From Nitrososphaerota archaeon (GTDB lineage Archaea; Thermoproteota; Nitrososphaeria; Nitrososphaerales; JACPRH01), in contig JAMCPI010000012.1 in the NCBI GenBank assembly GCA_023379805.1, forward strand, positions 95,777 to 159,776: a stretch of 64,000 bases of DNA, given 5' to 3'. A model generated the notes under the pieces. It did no database searches, was not told the DNA's origin, and saw nothing but the letters and a program-made list of their open reading frames with translations. A program made the position numbers and the translations under genes. This document shows positions 18,858-26,374 of the stretch, piece by piece. The stretch's first letter is position 1. Every line of letters begins with the position of its first letter.

Positions 18858-19930
18858 GGATACTTGGTTTGGATGTCGGCGGCGCGAACCTGAAGATAGC
18901 TTGGGTTGAGGTGCTTAAGGGGAGCATAGTGAATTGCCAAACCGCAGTGGAGTATCTTCCTATGTGGCGGGGAGGAAAGGATCGTCTTCCCGCGACTTTA
19001 CGCGAAGTTTCAGATGCGCTCTCTCAAGGTGAGTTGCCTGACGCGATTGGTGTGACGATGACCGCTGAGCTCTCCGATGTCTTTGAGTCGAAGAGAGAGG
19101 GTGTCGAGTACACTTTGCAGTGCGTTCGACAAATCTACAATGGCATCGACCCAATCTTAGTTGTAGATTACAACGGTGAGCTAGGCACTATAAAGGCGGC
19201 CCAGCAGAACCCTCTTCGATATTCGTCAGCTAACTGGGCGGCCACTGCCAAAGTGCTCTCAGGCATCTTCGCTGACTGCCTGCTAATAGACATCGGAAGT
19301 ACCACCACCGACATTATCCCAATTCTAAATCATAGAATCGCTACCGAGGGCAGGACTGATATGGATAGGCTTGCGACAGGTGAGCTAGTTTACACCGGTG
19401 CTCTCAGAAGCGATATTCAATCCATTACTCATGTTCTTCCAGTTAACGGCAGAGAAACGGAGGTTGCTGCTGAGCGGTTCGCTCTCTCCGGAGATGTTCA
19501 CCTTATTCTCGGAAATATCGCGCCTGAAGAGTACTCAACCGAGACCGCCGATGGCCGTGACACTTCACGACAGCGGTGTTTTGCGCGGCTAGCTAGGACT
19601 GTTTGTGCAGAACCGGAGATGATCGGGGAGACTGGTTTGATCAAAATGGTCTCTTACATTTACGATAAGCAGGTGGATAAGATTCATAAGAGATTGACGA
19701 ATGTGTTGAGGCGGCTTAATATTACGCCGCGCGAAGACATGCCTGTTGTAACCACGGGGCTAGGTGGGCTCTTTCTGGGGCGGGAGGCCGCGTATAAATC
19801 GGGTTTCCGACGCTTCTACAGACTTGAACAGATAGTTGGCGGCGAGAACCCGCAGGCCGCCGCCGCGGTTTCAGTGGCTCTTCTTACAGCGGCGGAGATG
19901 GGTGAGATTGTTAAATGGTCTCCGTCCTGA
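18854..19930 (+). CDS. ASKHA/hydantoinase-like protein of the H4MPT-linked C1 family (MfnF-like)
   Basis: 358 aa. N-terminal ILGLDVGGANLKIA sugar-kinase/hydantoinase fold motif and DIGSTTTDIIP. 4-nt overlap with the upstream gene. Confidence 0.65.
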   Translation: MRILGLDVGGANLKIAWVEVLKGSIVNCQTAVEYLPMWRGGKDRLPATLREVSDALSQGELPDAIGVTMTAELSDVFESKREGVEYTLQCVRQIYNGIDPILVVDYNGELGTIKAAQQNPLRYSSANWAATAKVLSGIFADCLLIDIGSTTTDIIPILNHRIATEGRTDMDRLATGELVYTGALRSDIQSITHVLPVNGRETEVAAERFALSGDVHLILGNIAPEEYSTETADGRDTSRQRCFARLARTVCAEPEMIGETGLIKMVSYIYDKQVDKIHKRLTNVLRRLNITPREDMPVVTTGLGGLFLGREAAYKSGFRRFYRLEQIVGGENPQAAAAVSVALLTAAEMGEIVKWSPS

Positions 19931-20586
19931 AGATAGGCGGCAGCCTTCTTAGCTATCCTGAGGCGTTGAGGGCTCTCTGCCAACGTCTAGGCGAACTTGC
20001 TGGTGAACATGATCTGTTGATTGTTCCAGGCGGAGGGCCCTTTGCTGATGCTGTGCGGAAAATATATTCAGAGATGAAGCTGCCTGAAGCTACAGCTCAC
20101 AGGATGGCTGTCTCAGCGATGGATCAGTACGGGATTCTTCTCCAGAGCATTTTAGGAGACTCTTCGCAAGCGATTGAGTACTTTAGTGAGGCAAAAGCAT
20201 GTTTCGAAGAGGGGCAGATAGCTGTTCTTCTGGCTTCACAGGTGATGCGGGCGGACAGGTCGCTTCCCAAGACGTGGGATGTCACCTCAGACTCGATTGC
20301 AGCTTACGTGGCGAGGAAGGTAGATGCTGAAATGCTTGTTCTAGTGAAGTCGGTGGATGGTCTGTTCAAACGGGGCTCGAAGAGGCTTCTGAACAGGGTG
20401 CCTGTGAGCGTCTTGGCTTCCGGGGTTGAACCTGGATGCGTTGATGCGTATCTGCCTGATCTGCTAGCTTCTTCAGGTCGTTTCCGCTGTTTCATCGTGA
20501 ATGGTCGGTATCCGGATCGTGTCGCCGCTGTGCTGCAGAGAGTGGGGGTAGGAGAAGTTGTCGGTACAGAAATCATGCGTAGTTAA
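19915..20586 (+). CDS. Amino-acid-kinase-fold kinase (MfnE-like furan-methyl phosphate kinase)
   Basis: 223 aa. VLKIGGSLL...LIVPGGGPFAD...DVTSDSIAAYVA...LVLVKSVDG is the aspartokinase/UMP-kinase fold pattern. Confidence 0.65.
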   Translation: MVSVLKIGGSLLSYPEALRALCQRLGELAGEHDLLIVPGGGPFADAVRKIYSEMKLPEATAHRMAVSAMDQYGILLQSILGDSSQAIEYFSEAKACFEEGQIAVLLASQVMRADRSLPKTWDVTSDSIAAYVARKVDAEMLVLVKSVDGLFKRGSKRLLNRVPVSVLASGVEPGCVDAYLPDLLASSGRFRCFIVNGRYPDRVAAVLQRVGVGEVVGTEIMRS

Positions 20587-21445
20587 CATTGGTCGAGTCG
20601 GTGGTAGCCGGTATTATGTTGCAGCGCGTAGAAGCAGGTACTGGAGGCCCGGATCTGACTATGCGTCGTTGATTACCGCGAATGTTTCGGGTCGGCTCTC
20701 TGATGGGGATTTTGTGGTTGTCTCAGAGAAGGCTATATCGATCGCTAAAGGCCGGATTGTGGACGAGGCTCAGGTGAAGCCCGGTTTAACCGCCAAGATC
20801 ATTGCTCGCTTTTGGATGCGTTGGATCTGGGGTTACCCGCTTGGGCGGCTCTGCCATATGAGTCAGTCGACGCGGAGCCGGCTTCGACACTACCCTGTCA
20901 AGGAGGGTGCTGCGCACAAGCAGCTCTGTCTCAAGCATGCTGGTATTCTGCAATCTCTTAGACACGGCTCTGAGGGCGGGGTGGATGTGAGTAACCTCCC
21001 ATACTCATACGCTGCTCTTCCGCTTTCTAACCCGCAGGTTGAGGCTGAACATATCCGTGAGCGAATTAGCCGTGAAACTGGGCGGAGGGTTTCGGTGATG
21101 ATTGTGGACACCGATAAGACTTACAGGCTTGGAAGTCGAAACTATACTCCTCTCCCGCGGGCTGTTCCTGGAATTACTGCTGGAGGCGGTTTGCTGATCT
21201 ACGTGGTTTGCAGGGTGTTTCGGTGCAGGAGAAGATCTACGCTGCTAGGTTCTGCTGGCGAGAATCTAGGTGTGGAGACATTGCTGGATATTGCTGAAAC
21301 CGCTAACAGGGCTAGAGGGGTCGGTGCCGGTCGGACGCCGTGGCACATGGCGGAGCGTTTCAATGTTGAGTTAACTAGGGTTACATGGGAGATGCTAGAG
21401 CAAGTGGCTCACTACCCAGTAGTAATCGTGAAACGGTTGAGTTAG
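20558..21445 (+). CDS. CofE-fold gamma-glutamyl ligase-like protein
   Basis: 295 aa with a TTG start. DGDFVVVSEKAISIAKGRIVD, GGVDVSN and RRVSVMIVDTDKTYR...YPVVIVKR parallel the CofE blocks I recall (DGDILVI.E..VSK.EG, NAGID.SN, VGVIITDT...IPVVIIRG). Confidence 0.6.
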   Translation: MSVQKSCVVNIGRVGGSRYYVAARRSRYWRPGSDYASLITANVSGRLSDGDFVVVSEKAISIAKGRIVDEAQVKPGLTAKIIARFWMRWIWGYPLGRLCHMSQSTRSRLRHYPVKEGAAHKQLCLKHAGILQSLRHGSEGGVDVSNLPYSYAALPLSNPQVEAEHIRERISRETGRRVSVMIVDTDKTYRLGSRNYTPLPRAVPGITAGGGLLIYVVCRVFRCRRRSTLLGSAGENLGVETLLDIAETANRARGVGAGRTPWHMAERFNVELTRVTWEMLEQVAHYPVVIVKRLS

Positions 21446-21471
21446 GCTAGTCTAGGCTAAGTTGGCTCGGA

Positions 21472-22386
21472 TTAGGCTTGGATTTGTTGGACTGCGTCTT
21501 TCAGCCGTATCTGGACTGGTCCGAGTTTTCCGCCGAAGTTTGCGGCTGAAATTTTAACGACTCCGGGTACGCTTGTAGCGGCCTTGATGCCTTTCGCAGT
21601 GGCTTGCATCAGCAGGTCTTGGTCTAGCGCATTGAAGACGATTTCGTAGACGCTGTTTACTTCAGGTGGAACCTGTGTCTCAGGTACTTCGGCGCGTAGC
21701 TTGGGGCAGTAGAGGTGGTTGGTTGAGGCGCCGAGCTTGTATTTTCTTGAGCCTGTCTTCGAGCCGGAGCGGACGATTCCGCCGGGGAACGGCAGGATAA
21801 CTGCTGGGAGCTGCTGAATTGCTTCGACGCTCTTTTCAGCTGCTAACAACGCAGTAGGTTGATCCTTTGCCATGATGAGGAGGTTTCCGCCAGCTATAGC
21901 GTTCTTTATTCCGAATCTTCCTTCAACTAGAAACTCACCCTCCATTACAGGAATACGCCAGATTTTTCGACCGTTCAACACATCCTTCTTCTCAAAGCCG
22001 TCTCCAAACATTCGGATTGCGTCTCCGATGCGGAGTTTGCGGTTGAGTGAGGGAAGTCCATCAAAAGCTGCGGTGGTGGCGCAGGTGAGAATACATTGGC
22101 CTAGACGGGTAATCATCTGACCTTTTAACTCAGGTTTGGTGCGGTGGTAAATCTGAATCATTACTCCGGGTCTTCCATCCGGGGTCTTATCAGCAGGTAT
22201 GCGGGGGCCTTCTATAGCGGCTTCCGCCGGGGACATGATGATCGAGGAGGCGAAGCCGGTGGCAGTTCTAGCTGAGATATCCGCCCACTTTTCGTTCTGA
22301 GCTGTTATCAGGATTCTTCCAGCTACCATTGGAAATGCTTCTGCGAAGGTGTCTTCAATCTCAACGCCGTTGAGCTGCAAGCTCAT
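21472..22386 (-). CDS. ftr: Formylmethanofuran:H4MPT N-formyltransferase
   Basis: 304 aa. NGVEIEDTFAEAFPMVAGRILITA...TATGFASSI...; full-length colinearity with the Ftr family. Confidence 0.9.
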   Translation of the reverse strand: MSLQLNGVEIEDTFAEAFPMVAGRILITAQNEKWADISARTATGFASSIIMSPAEAAIEGPRIPADKTPDGRPGVMIQIYHRTKPELKGQMITRLGQCILTCATTAAFDGLPSLNRKLRIGDAIRMFGDGFEKKDVLNGRKIWRIPVMEGEFLVEGRFGIKNAIAGGNLLIMAKDQPTALLAAEKSVEAIQQLPAVILPFPGGIVRSGSKTGSRKYKLGASTNHLYCPKLRAEVPETQVPPEVNSVYEIVFNALDQDLLMQATAKGIKAATSVPGVVKISAANFGGKLGPVQIRLKDAVQQIQA

Positions 22387-22799
22387 ACGGGGGCGTTACG
22401 TATCCACATTCTTAAAAGCTTACTGCTAAACCTTTCTGTTAAGTCAACTTAACTCGCTATTTGATGTATCGTTTACTAGTACGTCGTTGGTGCGCCGGCA
22501 CCAGTGCTGCCATAGGCCGAGGGGGGAGGTTTAAAGAGCGTTGAGAAGTGCGTATAAAACCAGTTGTTATACTGATGGATATGCATCAAATAGAGTACCT
22601 TGAGCTGCAAGAGATGCAAGGATGCTTGATGCAGGCTTGCAAGACTACTCCCCAATGTTTTCTTCTTCTAAATTGGCAGAATTGCATGTAAAGATTGCTC
22701 GTACATAGCTTGTTGTATTGGGTTGAATGGTTTTTTGAAAGGCTAGACCGACTCGGTGTTAATTTGGTTAGAACGACTGAAAAACGGCTGTATCTCGGT

Positions 22800-23540
22800 T
22801 TAGATTTGTGTTCTTTGGAGGACGTTGACAAACTCTTCTACTAGTCGGTGGTCTATCTTTGGTTCTAGATCTCGCACAGTGCAGACGTTTCGTCTGACTC
22901 CCATAATGTCTACGCCGAGCTTCAGCATTATTCGGAGGTCTTTTTTTCCGAGCGAGCCCGCTAAAGCGATCTTCAAGCCTAGTTGATGTCCTTCCTCTAC
23001 GAAATTTTCGAGATCCTTAACGGACAAGTAGTCAAAGAGTCCCTTCGAGCTCTTCTCTCTCACGTCGATTAGAACCCCCCATGCTCCTGCTTCTGCAGCT
23101 GGTTCAGGTAGCATCAATGGATTTACGCAGCCCTGTAGCTGGTAATCCGCGTACCCAGCTATGACTAGCTTTGTTCTCAGCCGGAACTCCTGCAGTGTCT
23201 GCGCTATTATCCGGGAGAGGTCTCGCGCTTCGTCCGGTGTTTTCGGGCCAAGCATACCCGCTTTGACATAATCTACTCCTAATGAGGCTGCTCCCAGGGC
23301 GGCTAGAGATGCTGTTCCCGGTGTGTTCGGTAGGTCGCCGATGGTTGCGCTTACCTCAGCCTGGTTCCCAGTTTCTTCCTTGATTTTTCTGATCACTAAT
23401 GGTCGGTTTGCGCCGAGTGCTCCTTCACGCGGGTTTTTTACATCAATAATGTCTGCTCCTCCTTTCAGGGCTTCGCGGGCTTCGTCTGGGTTGGTGACGC
23501 TGACCATGATTCTCAGGTGTCCTTCTTCTTGCCTACCCAT
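22800..23540 (-). CDS. mfnB: (5-formylfuran-3-yl)methyl phosphate synthase (MfnB, DUF556)
   Basis: MVSVTNPDEAREALKGGADIIDVKNPREGALGAN matches the MfnB N-terminus. The track ORF starts at 23582, but that ATG abuts the TATA element at 23585-23594, so the M at 23540 (or 23507) is more plausible. Confidence 0.8.
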   Translation of the reverse strand: MGRQEEGHLRIMVSVTNPDEAREALKGGADIIDVKNPREGALGANRPLVIRKIKEETGNQAEVSATIGDLPNTPGTASLAALGAASLGVDYVKAGMLGPKTPDEARDLSRIIAQTLQEFRLRTKLVIAGYADYQLQGCVNPLMLPEPAAEAGAWGVLIDVREKSSKGLFDYLSVKDLENFVEEGHQLGLKIALAGSLGKKDLRIMLKLGVDIMGVRRNVCTVRDLEPKIDHRLVEEFVNVLQRTQI

Positions 23541-23584
23541 TTTTCTCGGCGCCTCGGTGTTGAGCGGTGGTATCTTCGGCAACC

Positions 23585-23594
23585 TTTAAATTAA
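23585..23594. promoter_or_regulatory. Candidate shared TATA element between divergent mfnB and mtd genes
   Basis: TTTAAATTAA in the divergent spacer. It is centred about 30 nt upstream of the mtd ATG (23618; leaderless-compatible) and about 48 nt upstream of the mfnB ATG at 23540 on the other strand. Confidence 0.4.
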
Positions 23595-23617
23595 TTCGCT
23601 TCTAAGACTGCTACAAT

Positions 23618-24529
23618 ATGTCATCCGCTAAACGCGTTATGATATTTCTGGACACCGATAAACACGCAAGCCCCTTCGATATTCTCATCCTAGCCGATCT
23701 GTTCCCTGATGCACAGAGCATCTACTATGGGAATGTTGACCCTGAGGATGTGCAGAAGCTCGTTCAAGACTCAATCTTCCCAAGAGGGCCAGAGGGCTGC
23801 AAGAGTACAAAACTCTTCATCGGCGGCTCCGATGTCGATAAAGCTGACAGAATAGCTGAGGTAGCGTTAAAATCAATGTTCCCACCGTTCGAACTTGCAA
23901 CCGTGATTGATCCAAGCGGTTCACACACAACCTCCTCCGCCGCGGTAGCTAAGACACTGCAGATTCTTTTGAAACAGAATCTCGGCGACTTCAAAGGAAA
24001 GAACGTCACAGTCCTAGCTGCCACTGGCCCAGTCGGACAGATCACAAGCGCCATTTACCAGTCAGAAGGCGCAAACGTCACCATCACCTCAAGACGGAAG
24101 GAGCGGGCTGACAGCCTTGTCGAGCGGCTTAACCGAGACTCCCCGAACAAAGTAGCGGGTCTCCAAGCAGCTACTCCAGAAGAGGTAGGTATTGCGATTA
24201 AAGATGCGGACGTGGTGATGGCTGCAGGATCTGCTGGTGTACAGCTTGTTTCACTGGATGTTCTGAAGAGATACGGAACAAAGTGTAAGGTCATAGCGGA
24301 CGTGAATGCGGTTCCACCGCTTGGCGTTGAGAATCTCAGCGCGCAAGGTGATGGCGTTGAGGTGCTGCCCTGTGTCTACGGTGTAGGTGCATTAGCTATA
24401 GGTAACCTGAAGAACAAGGTTGAAGCGAAGCTAATCACAGCCGCTATGGAGTCTCCTAAAGGAGTCTTCAACTACAAGACCGGCTACCAGCTGGCCAAAG
24501 AACACGTCTACAAGAAGCTCGCAAAGTAA
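23618..24529 (+). CDS. mtdB: NAD(P)-dependent methylene-H4MPT dehydrogenase (MtdA/MtdB family)
   Basis: 303 aa. SPFDILI, QDSIFPRGP, LFIGGSD, ADVNAVPPLG and GVGALAIGNLK parallel the MtdB blocks recalled from methylotrophic bacteria. Confidence 0.8.
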   Translation: MSSAKRVMIFLDTDKHASPFDILILADLFPDAQSIYYGNVDPEDVQKLVQDSIFPRGPEGCKSTKLFIGGSDVDKADRIAEVALKSMFPPFELATVIDPSGSHTTSSAAVAKTLQILLKQNLGDFKGKNVTVLAATGPVGQITSAIYQSEGANVTITSRRKERADSLVERLNRDSPNKVAGLQAATPEEVGIAIKDADVVMAAGSAGVQLVSLDVLKRYGTKCKVIADVNAVPPLGVENLSAQGDGVEVLPCVYGVGALAIGNLKNKVEAKLITAAMESPKGVFNYKTGYQLAKEHVYKKLAK

Positions 24530-24563
24530 TAAGCTGGAGCGGCAAGGGCTTCGGTAAGAAATA

Positions 24564-24968
24564 ATGAGATCCGACGATCGCGCTAGAAAGTTCTTCGACC
24601 CCAGGATGACTGATAGAGAGCGAGCTATCTTCGAAGGCGCCGTCGGGCTGGCCTCTATCTATCACCAGTTCGTCGGAACCCCAGTAAGCAAGGATGAGCA
24701 TTCACTTCATGCCGTCGAAGAGGCGATCAAGCTATCGACCCTCCTCCAACCCTACAAGAAGGAAGTCAAAGCAAAACTAAGCATAACAGACGAGCGCCGG
24801 AAAAGACATGCTTACGACTACCGCTCACTCGAGGGACGAGACTTCGACGTATCTATTGTTACTGAGTACGGCAGCTGCCGAGTCACATCCCGCATGAAAT
24901 ACATCCAAGAGCTCGACTACACTCTAATGTTCGTAGAAAAAATCGAGGACACCTGCCAGCGCGAATAG
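24564..24968 (+). CDS. mptD: Archaeal-type dihydroneopterin aldolase (MptD)
   Basis: 134 aa. DRERAIFEGAVGLASIYHQFVGTPVS matches the MptD core motif. The start may be the internal M 14 codons downstream. Confidence 0.7.
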   Translation: MRSDDRARKFFDPRMTDRERAIFEGAVGLASIYHQFVGTPVSKDEHSLHAVEEAIKLSTLLQPYKKEVKAKLSITDERRKRHAYDYRSLEGRDFDVSIVTEYGSCRVTSRMKYIQELDYTLMFVEKIEDTCQRE

Positions 24969-25006
24969 CTAACTGCAAACGACGCGGCTGATAATTGGCT
25001 ATCAGC

Positions 25007-25783
25007 CTAGCCAATATCGGCAAGTATTCCCCCGAGCTCCTCTGGAAAAATTCTTTCGAAGCCGGAGATATCCTCTCCTCCGCTAGTCAAGTTGAAGAGA
25101 GTCACCTCAGCTGTAGAAGCAAACCACTCTAGAAGATTTTTACCAATTCTTAACTTGGTGACCTTTACCTTCGGCGACGCTACCTGTGTCTTGGAGAACG
25201 GGCCCACGGTTTCGCCCATATCCATGCCCGCCAGCGCCAAAGGATCTCCTCCTAGGGCGCCGGCGAGGAAGACAGCTCGGTCGCCGTCGGTGAAACCTCC
25301 AAAGTTATGTACTCGACCAACAGGCTCGGTCTGCGTGGTTCCCAAGGCTTTGGAGAAGGTTTTGACGTAACGCTCCAGTTTAGGGATGTTGTCGCCGTGA
25401 GCATGCACCACAATATATGCACCTCTACGCTCTGCTTCTTGGATATCCTCAACCACTCCATCTAAATCAGTAACAACTATGTCCGGGACTTTACCCGCTA
25501 TCTTCAGCAGCGCGGTGGTGGCGCCGTCCGCCGAAATTAGGCAGCATCGGCTTAGAAGGGTGGTCTTCAGGATTCTCTTAAGATCGTTTTCAAGCGAAGG
25601 GCCTGCTCCGAAAATTAACGTGGGCCGCCCGTTGACACGTTGTCTAATATCTTTTAACGGCAACGCTCTATCTTTCAGTAAATCGTCAAGGATAATGGCT
25701 GCTCTCCTGTCTTCGTCCGGATCATATTTTAGTTCCTTCACGATTCTTCGGTACTTTGGCAGCCATTGATCCATTTCCATCAT
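25007..25783 (-). CDS. mptE: 6-hydroxymethyl-7,8-dihydropterin pyrophosphokinase, archaeal type (MptE, DUF115)
   Basis: 258 aa. LIFGAGPSL...ISADGATTALL...PDIVVTDLDG...VVHAHGDN is the MptE pattern. Confidence 0.75.
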   Translation of the reverse strand: MMEMDQWLPKYRRIVKELKYDPDEDRRAAIILDDLLKDRALPLKDIRQRVNGRPTLIFGAGPSLENDLKRILKTTLLSRCCLISADGATTALLKIAGKVPDIVVTDLDGVVEDIQEAERRGAYIVVHAHGDNIPKLERYVKTFSKALGTTQTEPVGRVHNFGGFTDGDRAVFLAGALGGDPLALAGMDMGETVGPFSKTQVASPKVKVTKLRIGKNLLEWFASTAEVTLFNLTSGGEDISGFERIFPEELGGILADIG

Positions 25784-25930
25784 ATCTCGCCCCTTTTGCA
25801 GCGATCTTTCGCCGCTGGTAAATAAGGCTTGACTAAAAAATTGACGATCTTGTCATCTCAGTTAGATCAACAGATAATTAATTTCAGATGCGCGATATCG
25901 AATCCGTCAGTCTGACGCTATGCAACAGGG

Positions 25931-26000
25931 GGTGGGATTGTGGCGGCCCGAGACAGGCTGGTCAGTATCTTCCCCACGGAGGCAGGAGCCACATGCCTGC
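25931..26000. ncRNA. Conserved structured intergenic element, copy 1 (unknown class)
   Basis: GGTGGGATTGTGGCGGC...GCTGGTCA...CCCCACGG..GCAGGAGCCACATGCCTGC shares three long identical blocks with 35210-35281. A hairpin shows one compensatory change. A 1-nt indel between the copies rules out a conserved peptide. Confidence 0.45.
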
Positions 26001-26142
26001 TTCCAGCACCCTTAACACTTTAATCGACCAACTTACTCTTCTTGGTAACTCACAAACTTCTCAGCTATTAATGGCGCGAGCATTTTTGCAGTAAAAGTTA
26101 CATTTCCCTTTATTATCTTAAGATTGATGCGGAGACGAGTTT

Positions 26143-26295
26143 ATGAACGAAGACTGGGTAGATGTTTGTGAGGTCTGTAATCTGCGCTTCCCCTGCAAGT
26201 CTGCGCTTCTACTGCACCGGAGATGGGAGCACGGCGAGGATGCAGAGCCTGAAAAGGCCACAGATAATGCGGAGCAAGAAGAGACCAAGCGGTAA
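26143..26295 (+). CDS. Small C2H2 zinc-finger protein (50 aa, below the ORF-track cutoff)
   Basis: Translates to MNEDWVDVCEVCNLRFPCKSALLLHRRWEHGEDAEPEKATDNAEQEETKR, giving C-x2-C-x12-H-x4-H. TATA-like TTTATTAT lies about 30 nt upstream of the ATG. Confidence 0.55.
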   Translation: MNEDWVDVCEVCNLRFPCKSALLLHRRWEHGEDAEPEKATDNAEQEETKR

Positions 26296-26374
26296 TACTT
26301 CAAGAAGACAATAATTGATTGATTGATTCCGTAACCGAAATATCTGGGCGTCGTATTGGGTATGATGATTTAGG

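Noticed and set aside
22387-22799. The long (413 nt) spacer between mfnB and ftr: ORF 22586..22831, TGCAAG repeats, and a 12-nt match (ttgagctgcaag) to the ftr start region.
   Set aside because: The ORF has implausible composition. The short repeats are within chance expectation, and I could not derive a convincing structure or coding signal. It remains unexplained but unsupported.
25888-26094. Track ORFs 25888..26094 and 35219..35404 as a conserved small protein pair covering the repeated element.
   Set aside because: The spacer between the conserved blocks differs by 1 nt (7 versus 6 nt), so no single reading frame is shared across the conserved blocks.
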